Under the pieces are notes generated by a model, which had not been told where the DNA came from, did not search any database, and saw only the letters and a list, made by a program, of their open reading frames with translations. From NCBI GenBank assembly GCA_963713825.1, contig CAVQNG010000005.1:224001-288000 (forward strand): DNA of 64,000 nucleotides. Direction: 5' to 3'. The stretch comes from an uncultured Acidobacteriota bacterium (GTDB taxonomy: Bacteria > Acidobacteriota > Thermoanaerobaculia > Multivoradales > JAHEKO01). Of the stretch, positions 39,743 to 49,943 are shown piece after piece (the stretch's first letter is position 1; each line of letters starts with the position of its first letter). Both the position numbers and the translations under genes were made by a program.

Positions 39743-40697
39743 TTGAAGATCCGGCGTAGCCGAAGGAGGATGGTCTTTTGGAGTATGGCAGTAGCGATGG
39801 GGTGCGACTGCTGCCGGCTCCAGTCAGGCGCAGAACCTACCGGCGATCGTCGTCGAGGAGGGGAGCGTGGCGCGACAAGAGGTCGTCGCACTGGGCCGCG
39901 ACCTGGTCGTGTCTGGCGAAGCGATGAGCGACGTGGTCTCCATCAGCGGCTCGACGCGGGTCGAGGGTCGAGTCGGCGGCGACGTCATCGTTTTGGGCGG
40001 TGACGGCCTGCTGAGCGAGACGGCTCGCATCGAGGGCGATGTCTTCGTTCTGGGTGGTCGGTTGGAGGCCGCGCCCGGAGCACGGATCGAGGGGCGCTCG
40101 GTGTCCTACCCGACCGTCAGCTCCGCCTGGCTGACCCTCATGGAAGGTCCTTCGCTCGGGCTGTCGGCCGCTTCGCCGGTGATTCTCGGCGCCAAGCTGG
40201 CCCTGATGGCCGCGTGGCTCGCCTTGACTTTGCTTCTTTTTGCCACCAGCGGACGGCAGTTGCTGGAAACCTCGGAGTCCGTGCAAGCGAATCCAGGTCG
40301 CAACTTCGTGACCGGGGTGGCGGCTGTCCTCGCGATGCTGTTGACCGCCTTGTTCTTCAGCGCCTTCGCCGCCGCCATCGTCGGCATTCCCCTGTTGATT
40401 CTCGTCGTGCTTCTGGCCCTGATGCTGAAGCTCTGGGGTATGGTGAGTGTCTTTCACGCCACCGGCTATTGGTTGGTTGCAAGGCTCTTCAAGAAGCGGG
40501 CTCTGCCGCTGAACTATGCGCTCGTCGGTCTTCTGGTCCTGGGTGCGGTCAAGCTCGTACCCTGGGTTGGGACCTGGGCTTGGACGGTGGCCACCTTCAT
40601 CGGGGTCGGCTCCACACTGACCACGAAGTTCGGGCGGCAGGAGCCCTGGTTCGATCTCGAAGTGACTGACCGACGAAGCTCTCCAGTACGACTCTGA
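39743..40697 (+). CDS. Membrane protein with bactofilin-like (polymer-forming) beta repeats; apparent frameshift at the G run 39799-39802
   Basis: V.G.V.GDV.V.GG repeats followed by several TM helices. The signal peptide, after RBS AAAGGAGAGG, is in a different frame from the body. Confidence 0.75.
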
Positions 40698-40878
40698 AGC
40701 GTCCGTCGACCCCATCCGACGCTCTGCTTGACCCTTCCTGAGCGATCCCATACGCTGTCGATGTCTCCCCGGACCTCGGGGTCGCGCCTGCCCTGGCAGG
40801 GTGGCGAGATGGGAGCGACCGCGGCGAGGGCCTCCGAGCAGAGTCCGGGGAGGATCACGAAACAACAAGGAGGAACTC

Positions 40879-41775
40879 GTGGGACAGGTTGAGAAGCTTG
40901 GCGTTGTTGGAGCAGGAACGATGGGGCACGGAATCGCCCAGGTGGCGGCACAGGCCGGATTCGAAGTCACCCTGGTAGACGCCGTGAGCGAGGCTCTCGT
41001 GACCGGAGTCGGTCGCGTCGAGAAGTCGTTGGGCAAGCTCGTCAACAAAGGAAAGCTGGAAGAGGAGGACCGTCAGTCGGCACTTGCCAGGATTACGACC
41101 AGCACCGATCTGGGAGAGCTCGCCGATGCGGCGCTGGTGGTCGAGGCGGTGGTGGAGAAGCTGGAGGTCAAGTGCGAGATCCTGTCCGAATTGGATCGGA
41201 TCTGCACCCCGGAGACCATTCTGGCCTCCAATACCAGCTCGATCTCCATCACCCGACTTGCGGCGGCGACATCTCGTCCCGGCAAAGTGATCGGCATGCA
41301 CTTCATGAACCCGGTTCCCTTGATGAAGCTGGTGGAGATCATTCGGGGCCTGGCAACCGAGCCGGAAGTGTTGGCGCGGGTCGAGGAGCTCACCCGCCAG
41401 CTCGGCAAGACCCCTGTCGAGGTGCACGATGCGCCGGGCTTCGTGTCGAATCGTGTTCTCATGCCAATGATCAACGAGGCCATCTTCTGCCTTTATGAAG
41501 GAGTCGGAACGGTTCCGGCCATCGATGAGGTCATGAAGCTGGGAATGAACCATCCCATGGGCCCCCTGGCATTGGCCGATCTCATCGGGCTGGATGTCTG
41601 TCTCGACATTCTCCGCGTGCTGTACGATGGCTTCGTGGATCCGAAGTACCGACCATGCCCATTGCTGGTGAAGATGGTGGATGCCGGCTACCTGGGTCGC
41701 AAGACGGGCAGCGGCTTCTACACCTATGGTGAGGGTGAAGCCAGAGCCTTCGACCCTGCTCGAGGTTATCGATAG
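40879..41775 (+). CDS. hbd: 3-hydroxybutyryl-CoA dehydrogenase
   Basis: GAGTMGHGIAQ, EAVVE, ASNTSSISIT, GMHFMNPVP, HPMGPL.LAD.IGLD. Confidence 0.93.
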   Translation: MGQVEKLGVVGAGTMGHGIAQVAAQAGFEVTLVDAVSEALVTGVGRVEKSLGKLVNKGKLEEEDRQSALARITTSTDLGELADAALVVEAVVEKLEVKCEILSELDRICTPETILASNTSSISITRLAAATSRPGKVIGMHFMNPVPLMKLVEIIRGLATEPEVLARVEELTRQLGKTPVEVHDAPGFVSNRVLMPMINEAIFCLYEGVGTVPAIDEVMKLGMNHPMGPLALADLIGLDVCLDILRVLYDGFVDPKYRPCPLLVKMVDAGYLGRKTGSGFYTYGEGEARAFDPARGYR

Positions 41776-43629
41776 ATGTTCTGTCAGGTCTGTGGGGCAG
41801 AGAACTCGGACGAGTTGGAGTACTGCTCCCGCTGTGATCAGAAGTTGTTGGTGCTGTCGGGTGTTCCTTCGCCCCCGGTCGAGGGCGATACCTTCGAGGA
41901 GGCTCCCGAAGAGGGTTTCTCGCTCGACGAGCACCTGCTGGAACGCATCTCCATCCTCGAGGAGGCGGTCAAACGGACGGCCGATACGGTGCGTCAGCTG
42001 CTGACTACCCTCCACAAGCAGGAGCGCAGCATTCTGATCAACCAGTCGGGGTTGGCAACGCTGCGTGAGATTCTGGAGGATCGGCGACTCATCGCGCGCG
42101 AGGAGTGGAGCGAGCTCTGGCAGTCGAAGGTGGACTATCAGATGCTGGCCCTGGAGAAGAGGGAGCGCTTTGTGGGACTTCGGGACCGGATCTCGGCCCT
42201 ACACAAGGGCAATCGTCGGACCCTCTTCAACAAGCTCCTCGAAGATGCGGAGTACGCCCTGTACGGCTTCGACATCGAGGCCGCGCTGCAGGCTCTCGAG
42301 GCGGCTCACCGACTCGATCGCGACAACTACGAGCTCAACTACTTTCTGGGCGAAACCTACTTCAACGAGGGGCAGGCCAGTGTCGCCCTGTCCTACTTCA
42401 GACGCGTTTTGGAGGTCAAGCCCGACCACTACGAGGGCCTGGTTTACAGTGGCGTCATCCATCATGAGCAGGGTGACAGCGAGAGGGCGATCGAGCAGCT
42501 ACAGCGGGCTGTGGCCCTGTTTCCCGATTCCTTCCTACCGCACTTCAGTCTGGGCGCCGTCTATGCGGGACAGGGTAACTTGTCCAAGGCGGTGGTCCTG
42601 CTCGAGAAGGCCGTCGAGATCGATCCCGTGCCCCAGGCTCTGTTTCTTCTCGGCAGCTCGCTGTATGAGATGGGGAAGGTCACCGCGGCGATCGGCTATC
42701 TACAGCAGGTCGTCCGGCACGATCCGGCCTACGAAGAGGCCTATCACCTCCTGGGACTGGCCTATTTGGATCGGCACTGGAACCGCAAGGCCCTCGAGGC
42801 CTTTCGCCAGGCACAGCGCCTCAACCCCACGAAGATGCGCTACCAGGATCTCGTGCGGTACCTGTCGGGCCAGGCTGACCGGCCCTTGCCGGAGATCTCG
42901 GCCGAGGCCCAGACCTGGATTCGGGAGGCCGAAGAGGAGATCGTCGAGGGACATTCCGGTCGCGCGGTCTCGCTGTACAGGCGAGCGATCGACAGCGATC
43001 CCGACAATCCGACCCTGCTGATGTCGTATGCCCTGCTCTGCCTGCAACTCGAGCGGGCCCAGGAGACCGAGAAGGTGACGCGGCGGATCCTGGACCTCGA
43101 GCCCGGCGAGATGCTCAAGGCGACAGCCTGCGCGACGCTCATCGAGGCTCTGCGCAGCGAAGGCCGCTACAGGGAAGGCAACCGCATAGGCCAACGTCTT
43201 CTCGACGAGGGCACCTCCGACTTTTCGCGCACCATCGCCTACTACGAGATGGCCTACAACATGGCCGAGATGGAGGAGGACCTGGACAAGGCGCTGGAGT
43301 TCGCCCAGCGCTCTCTGGAGCTGGCACCAGAAGAGCTGCGGCAGTTCCCCTTGGCCGCGCTGGGCTGGGTCCACTACAAGAGGAAGGAGTTCGATCAGGC
43401 GATCGACTTTCTCGACCGCTCGAGCCGTCTGGAAACGTCGGTCACCACCCTGACCCATTTGGGAATGGCGTTGCTGGCCTCGGGAGCCGAGGAGAGAGCC
43501 CGTACCGTCCTGGCTGAAGCCAGGAGTCTGGAGGGGGCTGAGACATCGGTCGAGCAGAAGATGATGGAGTGTCTGAAGACCAGCAATCGTCTTTTGGACA
43601 GAGTGCAGCAGGGTCGAGCCAAGAAGTAG
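41776..43629 (+). CDS. Zinc-ribbon plus multi-TPR protein
   Basis: MFCQVCGAEN...YCSRC, a coiled-coil segment and many TPRs; no signal peptide. Confidence 0.85.
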   Translation: MFCQVCGAENSDELEYCSRCDQKLLVLSGVPSPPVEGDTFEEAPEEGFSLDEHLLERISILEEAVKRTADTVRQLLTTLHKQERSILINQSGLATLREILEDRRLIAREEWSELWQSKVDYQMLALEKRERFVGLRDRISALHKGNRRTLFNKLLEDAEYALYGFDIEAALQALEAAHRLDRDNYELNYFLGETYFNEGQASVALSYFRRVLEVKPDHYEGLVYSGVIHHEQGDSERAIEQLQRAVALFPDSFLPHFSLGAVYAGQGNLSKAVVLLEKAVEIDPVPQALFLLGSSLYEMGKVTAAIGYLQQVVRHDPAYEEAYHLLGLAYLDRHWNRKALEAFRQAQRLNPTKMRYQDLVRYLSGQADRPLPEISAEAQTWIREAEEEIVEGHSGRAVSLYRRAIDSDPDNPTLLMSYALLCLQLERAQETEKVTRRILDLEPGEMLKATACATLIEALRSEGRYREGNRIGQRLLDEGTSDFSRTIAYYEMAYNMAEMEEDLDKALEFAQRSLELAPEELRQFPLAALGWVHYKRKEFDQAIDFLDRSSRLETSVTTLTHLGMALLASGAEERARTVLAEARSLEGAETSVEQKMMECLKTSNRLLDRVQQGRAKK

Positions 43630-43661
43630 TCCCCACGCCTGAAAGAAAGAGAGAGTCGTCG

Positions 43662-45371
43662 ATGCGCTGGAGCAAGTTCTATCTGTTTACCACCAGAGAG
43701 GTGCCGAACGACGCCGAAGTCGTCAGTCACCAGCTCATGGTGCGAGCCGGGATGATCCGCAAGGCGGCTGCAGGCATCTACACCTATCTGCCGCTCGGAT
43801 GGCGGAGCATCCGCAAGATGATGGACATCGTGCGCCGCGAAATGGACGCGGCCGGCGCCGTGGAGCTGCTGATGCCGGCAGTCCACCCGGCCGAGCTCTG
43901 GAAGGAGACGGAGCGTTGGGACGTTTTCGGCGATCTGCTCTTGAAGATGAAGGACCGCAATCAGCGCGACTTCTGTTTGGGTCCGACGCATGAGGAAGTG
44001 GTGACCGATGCGGTGCGCCACGATGTGAAGAGCTATCGGCAGTTGCCCTTCAACCTCTACCAGATTCAGGACAAGTTTCGTGACGAGATTCGCCCGCGGT
44101 TCGGCCTCATGCGAGCCCGGGAGTTCTTCATGAAGGACGCCTACTCCTTCCATGCCGGCGCCGACAGCCTGGACGAAACCTACGAGGCGATGCGGCAGGC
44201 CTACTGCAAGGTGTTCGAGGACTGCAAACTGGAGTACTCCATGGTCGAGGCCCTGAGCGGCGCCATCGGCGGCTCGGCGTCGCACGAGTTCATGGTGCTT
44301 GCCGACACCGGCGAGGACGCGGTGGTCAGCTGCGCGAGCTGCGGATACGCCGCCAACGTGGAGAAGGCCGAAGCGCGCCCGTTGACTTCAGACTCCTCTG
44401 GCGGGGACCCCGAAGATCTGCTGGAGGTTTCGACCCCGGCAGCAACGACCATTGCCGACGTGACGGGGCTCCTGGAGGTCGGAGCCGAGCGCTTGGTGAA
44501 GACCCTGGTTTATGAAACGGAGGAGGGCCCTGTCCTGGCTCTTGTCCGGGGGGACCGGGACCTCAACGAGGCGAAGCTGGCGAGCTTCCTGGGTGCCCAA
44601 CACCTGAAGATGGCTGGTGACGAGCTCGTCGAGAGAGTCACCGGTGCGCCGGTCGGTTTCGCCGGGCCGGTCGGTCTGCCGCCAGCGGTTCGAATCGTCG
44701 CCGACGAGTCGATCCGGGAATCCACCAATTTCGTCGTTGGAGCCAACAAAGCCGATGCCCACTTCACCGGCGTCAACTGGGGTCGCGATGTCGATCTGAG
44801 CGAATGGACCGATCTGTTGCTGGTCACCGGAGGCGACGGCTGCCCACGGTGCGATGGCACCCTCGAGTTGCACCGCGGAATCGAGGTCGGTCACATTTTC
44901 AAGCTGGGTACGAAGTACTCGGAAGCCATGCACTGCACCTATCTGGACGACCAGGGGGCCTCGCATCCCATGACCATGGGGTGCTATGGGCTCGGTATCG
45001 GCCGCACCGTGGCGGCGGCCATCGAGCAGAATCACGACGAGAACGGCATCATCTGGCCGCTGCCGTTGGCACCGTTCGAAGTCCTGGTGATGGGTCTGAG
45101 CTCGAGGGACGAGCAGGTGGTGGAGACGGCCGACCGTCTCTACGGTCAGCTCGACGAGCAGGGCATCGAGGTGCTCTACGATGACCGCGACGAGCGACCG
45201 GGAGTCAAGTTCAAGGACGCCGACCTCATCGGCATTCCGGTGCGCTTGGTTGTCGGCGCCAAGAGCCTGGCCGAGGGGCAGGTGGAGCTTTCCCGGCGCC
45301 GCGACGGCGAGAAGATCCTCGTCCCGGTCGAGAACGCGATCGAGAAGATCAAAGAGCTGCTGGCTGGCTAG
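43662..45371 (+). CDS. proS: Proline--tRNA ligase (bacterial type with INS editing domain)
   Basis: SHQLMVRAG, LGPTHEE, FRDEIRPRFGLMRAREF, GIEVGHIFKLGTKYS, DADLIGIP. Confidence 0.98.
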   Translation: MRWSKFYLFTTREVPNDAEVVSHQLMVRAGMIRKAAAGIYTYLPLGWRSIRKMMDIVRREMDAAGAVELLMPAVHPAELWKETERWDVFGDLLLKMKDRNQRDFCLGPTHEEVVTDAVRHDVKSYRQLPFNLYQIQDKFRDEIRPRFGLMRAREFFMKDAYSFHAGADSLDETYEAMRQAYCKVFEDCKLEYSMVEALSGAIGGSASHEFMVLADTGEDAVVSCASCGYAANVEKAEARPLTSDSSGGDPEDLLEVSTPAATTIADVTGLLEVGAERLVKTLVYETEEGPVLALVRGDRDLNEAKLASFLGAQHLKMAGDELVERVTGAPVGFAGPVGLPPAVRIVADESIRESTNFVVGANKADAHFTGVNWGRDVDLSEWTDLLLVTGGDGCPRCDGTLELHRGIEVGHIFKLGTKYSEAMHCTYLDDQGASHPMTMGCYGLGIGRTVAAAIEQNHDENGIIWPLPLAPFEVLVMGLSSRDEQVVETADRLYGQLDEQGIEVLYDDRDERPGVKFKDADLIGIPVRLVVGAKSLAEGQVELSRRRDGEKILVPVENAIEKIKELLAG

Positions 45372-48092
45372 CTGTCGGCCAACTGGCTCAGTCGTTGGCG
45401 AACGAGGTTGGCTCGTGGGTCGCCTGGGGCGGCGCTCAGAAAAGCGCTCAAATGGTCCTTCGCCGCGTCGGGGCGATCGAGTGGTCCCGCATACAGATCC
45501 GCCAGCTCCAGATGGAGGTCGTGCTGCTCAGGGGCGATGCGCAGGGCCTCTTCCAGGTAGTCGGCCGCCTGCTGCCAGTCCTGCTGCCTTCCCGCCGAGA
45601 TGCCCAGGTTCACCATGGCTTGCCAGAGGCCGGGATCGACCTGCAGGGCCTTCTCATAGTGCTGGCGAGCCTCGGCGACGCGACCCTGCTGCTCGACGAT
45701 CAGCCCCAAATCGCTCCAGGTGTTCGCCTGTAGAGGGTCGATCTCGACAACCTGCCGCAGCCGTTCTTCCGCCCCAGCTAGATCCTGCCGCTGAATTTGG
45801 ATGGCCGCCAGCAGGGACAAGGCAGCCGTATTTCGAGGCTCGGTCATGAGTAGACCATCGAGCTCGGCCTGCGCTTCGTCGAGGCGGCCGGCCTGCAAGT
45901 GACCTGCGGCCTGCTGAACTGCCGGGCTTGGCGCTGCGGCCGTGGGTGGCGCTGCACCGCTCTTTTGCGACCGTGCGAAGTCGAGGGCGGCTTGGAGGTC
46001 TGGCCTGGGGTCCTCGGACAGGCTCAGCGCGCGGCTCAGGTGGGCCTCCGCAGCGTCGGCGTCGCGAAGTCGTATTGCTAGAAGACCGAGCCTGGAATGA
46101 AGCTCGAGGTCGTTCGGCCAGCGTTCGAGGGCCGCCCGTAGGGTGTTGGCGGCGGCCTGGAATTCCTCTGAGGTCTCCTCGGCCTCGGCGAGGAAAAGGT
46201 GGCCCTCGAGGATTGTCGGATCTTGGTCGAGGGCTCCCTGCAGGCGGTGGATGGCGCTCTCAGTCTCCGCGTCCACCATCTCTGCGAGTCGGGCGTAGTA
46301 GATGTTGATCCAGGGCTCGGCGGGCGATTGTTGTAGCGCTTCCTCAACCACCGCCCGGGCTCGATCGAGATCTCCGAGCTGCAGCAGTAGGATGGTCCGC
46401 TCCATCCATGCCTTCGTCAAGTCGGGATCGATCTCCAGTGCCTTCTCGGTCAGCTCGAGTGCCTCGGTCCTGTTGCCTTGCTGGTGCTCGATCGTCGCGT
46501 AGAGCAGGAGAATCGAGGCCGGATTGGCATCCAGAGCCAGGAGCCTCTGGATCACCGGCTCGATTTCCTCGTATCGACCGGCGTCGGCCAGGGCCTGCGG
46601 CAGCTCACGAAGAGCGGTCAGATTATCCGGGTCGAGGCGTAGAACTCGCTCTAGCTCGGCAACGGTTTCGGCCGCAGAGTGGGGCCCCCGATCGAAGAAG
46701 TCGAGCAGATCGTTGTGCAGGCCAATCATCTCGCTTGGATCGGGACGCTGGAGGTTCTCGAGTGCCCTGGGCTGGGTGGCCGCCATGTAGCCGAGGCTGC
46801 GCAGTGCCTCAGCGGTCTCGGTATCGAGCTCGATCTGCTGTTCACTCTCGACGATGAAGTTGGCTAGCTCCGCTGCCAGGGCAGCCACCATGTCAGGCTC
46901 CCGCGCGGCCAGATTGATGGCTTCTCCTGGGTCCTTTTCGAGGTTGTAGAGCTCGGGAGTTGTCGTTTGGATGAGCTTCCACGGCCAGCGCAGCAGGCTG
47001 TGCAGTCGGGCCCAGCCATAGGCGCTATAGCCCTGATAGCTCTCCGCATAGAGGGGGTCCGTCGATACCTCGCCTGCCGCAGTCAACTTGGGTCGAAGAC
47101 TGCGTCCCGTGGCCTGCGGTCGTGGATCGACCCCCAGGAAGTCGAGGAGAGTCGGGAGAATGTCGATCTGGCTGACGGGCGTCTCGTCTCGAAGTCCTTG
47201 CGGCCCTCCGGGGACAGTCAGGATCCAGGGAATCAGCAAGGTCGAATCGTAGACCAGGATGCCATGTGTCCCCTCACCGTGCTCGTCCAGGCTCTCTCCA
47301 TGGTCGCCGACGACGGCGATGACCACGTTGCCGCCAAGGCGCGGATGCTCCAGGAGTCGTCCGATCTGCGCGTCGACATAGGCCACCTCGCCGTCGTAGG
47401 GCCGGGGTCCGTAGCGCTCGGCGAACGGAGACGGAGGTGAGTAGGGGGCATGGGGGTCGAAGAGGTGCACCCAGGCGAAGAACCTCTCGTCGGCCCCGAG
47501 CCCGTCGAACCATTCTCTTGTCGATTCGACGACTACTGCGGCCGGTCGATCCGAGATGCCCCAGCGGGAGGTCGCGTTGGACCCACCGCCGATCTGATCG
47601 TCATAAGCCTCGAAGCCCTGGGCCAAGCCGTAGGAGCTGCCAAGGACGGCCGCGCCAACGAAGGCTGCAGTCCTGAAGCCCTCGCCTCCGAGGATCTCGG
47701 CCATGGTCTCGAAGTCTGCCTCGAGTCGGTTGATGCCGTTGTTTCGCACCCCGTGCTGCGGAGGGTAGAGGCCCGTCAGGATCGAAGCATGAGAGGGCAG
47801 GGTGATGGGGGCGACGGCATAGGCGCGATCGAAGACGATGCCGCTCGCCGCCAGACGGGCCAGGGTCGGAGTCTCTACGTCGATGGCACCGTAAGGCTCC
47901 AGCCGGTCGGGTCGAAGGGTGTCGATCGTGACCAGGAGCAGGGACAGCTCGCCAGACTCCAAGATCGGCAGCCGAGCTGGAGCCTTCCGACTCCGGTTGT
48001 CGACTGCAGCTGGAGCCGAAGTAGAGCGTTGTCAGGGCCATGAGAGCCACCAGTTGGCGCCACATTGACCGCTGTGTTGCCGCGGAGAACAT
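45368..48092 (-). CDS. Sulfatase-like (alkaline phosphatase superfamily) TPR protein; the lipoprotein signal (about 48092-48000) is out of frame with the 45368-47962 body
   Basis: VTIDTLRPD, TLPSH, HLFDPHAPY, GDHGE, then many TPRs. The upstream frame encodes MWRQLVALMALTTLYFGSSC. Confidence 0.85.
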
Positions 48093-48209
48093 GCTGGGAT
48101 CGTAGTGCAGAAAGAAACCTCGGTCCAGCCGCTGGCGCTTGATCGCTGCGAACCGATCCCGTACTCTCCAGCCGAGGCATCCGTTACTGAGTGATCCTGG
48201 AAAGAACCG

Positions 48210-49943
48210 ATGGCAAGCACGGCAAGTGAGAGGCATGGGCGATATCTCGTGCTGACTCTCGTGGCTGCGATGATCTCGACGCTTCCCGTGGTTGCGGGGC
48301 AGCCCCGTTTTGCCGAAGTGTCAGCCGAGATCGGGCTCGACTTCGTCCACTTCAACGGCATGTCGGGTGAGCTCTACTTCGTGGAGATGATGGGCCAGGG
48401 ACTGGCGATCCTGGACTACGACAACGATGGCGACCTCGATGTCTACTTCCTGCAGGGTCACATGCTCGGTGAAGGCAAGTCGGTGGAAGACGCCACCATA
48501 CCGCCCAAATACCCGCAGCCCTTCACGGATCGGCTCTATCGGAATGACCTGACAAGGGGAGTGGATGGAGAGTTGCAGGCCCATTTTGTCGACGTCACGG
48601 AGCAGATCGGTCTGGCGGCCCATGGCTACGGCATCGGTGTCGCCAGCGGTGACTACGACAACGATGGCTGGACGGACCTCTACCTCAACAACTGGGGGTC
48701 CAACCAGATGCTGAGAAACACCGGCGACGGGACGTTTGGCGACGCGACCGAGGAGACAGGAACCGATGATCCTCGTTACAGCGCTTCGTCGACGTTCCTC
48801 GACTTCGATCGAGACGGGTGGTTGGACCTGTTCGTCGCCAACTATGTCGATTGGACCCTGGCGAGACGCAAGGCCTGCACGGGCATGGGTGGGGCGCGGG
48901 ATTACTGCGCTCCATGGGCCTTCGAGCCGGTGCCGGACAGCCTCTTTCGCAATCGGGGCAACGGTCGTTTCGAAACTGCGACCCGTTCAGCGGGAGTGAG
49001 CAGCGAGTACGGCGCCGGTCTCGGCGTGGTGAGCGCCGACTTCAACGACGACGGCTGGCCGGACATCTACGTCGCCAACGATGCGTCCCCCAACCAGCTA
49101 TGGATGAACCAGCGCGACGGAACCTTCATCAACGATGGGCTGCTGGCCGGCTGCGCTGTCAATGACATGGGAATGCCCGAAGGCAGCATGGGTGTCGTGG
49201 CCGGCGACATCAACGGCGATGGCAGCTACGATCTGTTCATGTCGCACATTGTCGAGGAGACGAATACCCTCTATCTCAACGACGGCAGCGGCATGTTCAG
49301 CGAGACCACACGCGACAGTGGGTTGGCGTTGCCGAGCTTCAAGTACACAGGCTTCGGAACCGCTCTTTTCGACTTCGACAACGATGGCTGGCTCGACTTG
49401 TTCATTGCCAACGGTGCCGTGCATGAGATCGAGCACCTGGCGCGGGCAGGGGACATCTTTCCGATTCACCAGCCCGATACGCTCTATCACGGCCTCGGGA
49501 AGGGTCGCTTCGCCGAGGTGACCCAGGAGGCCGGAGCTTTCGTGTTCTCGGAAGTGGGGCGCGGAGTGGTCTTCGGCGACCTGGAGAATGATGGCGATTC
49601 CGACCTCCTGGTCGCCAACAATGGCGGTCGCGCTCGAGTGTTTCGCAACGAGGCGGGCAACAGCGTCAATTGGATGGGTCTGCGCTTCGTCAGTCCATCG
49701 CATCACCAGCCGCCGGGTGTGAAGGTCGAGGCCGTGCGCTCCGACGGATTCGAGATTTGGCGTCGCAATGGCACCGATGGCAGCTATGCTTCGGCGGGTG
49801 AGCCTCGGGTGCTGCTCGGCCTCGATGCGGCGAACGGACCCGTGCGGCTGCGAGTCCGCTGGCCAGGGGGGCGGGTCCAAGAGTTCCCTGGCTTGCCGCC
49901 GAACCACTACATCACGATCATGGACAAAGGAGATCACAAGTGA
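48210..49943 (+). CDS. CRTAC1-family protein (FG-GAP/VCBS repeats plus ASPIC/UnbV C-terminus)
   Basis: Signal peptide, repeated D(Y/F)DNDG.LD motifs, GSYAS...LLGL...VRWPGG C-terminus. Confidence 0.92.
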   Translation: MASTASERHGRYLVLTLVAAMISTLPVVAGQPRFAEVSAEIGLDFVHFNGMSGELYFVEMMGQGLAILDYDNDGDLDVYFLQGHMLGEGKSVEDATIPPKYPQPFTDRLYRNDLTRGVDGELQAHFVDVTEQIGLAAHGYGIGVASGDYDNDGWTDLYLNNWGSNQMLRNTGDGTFGDATEETGTDDPRYSASSTFLDFDRDGWLDLFVANYVDWTLARRKACTGMGGARDYCAPWAFEPVPDSLFRNRGNGRFETATRSAGVSSEYGAGLGVVSADFNDDGWPDIYVANDASPNQLWMNQRDGTFINDGLLAGCAVNDMGMPEGSMGVVAGDINGDGSYDLFMSHIVEETNTLYLNDGSGMFSETTRDSGLALPSFKYTGFGTALFDFDNDGWLDLFIANGAVHEIEHLARAGDIFPIHQPDTLYHGLGKGRFAEVTQEAGAFVFSEVGRGVVFGDLENDGDSDLLVANNGGRARVFRNEAGNSVNWMGLRFVSPSHHQPPGVKVEAVRSDGFEIWRRNGTDGSYASAGEPRVLLGLDAANGPVRLRVRWPGGRVQEFPGLPPNHYITIMDKGDHK

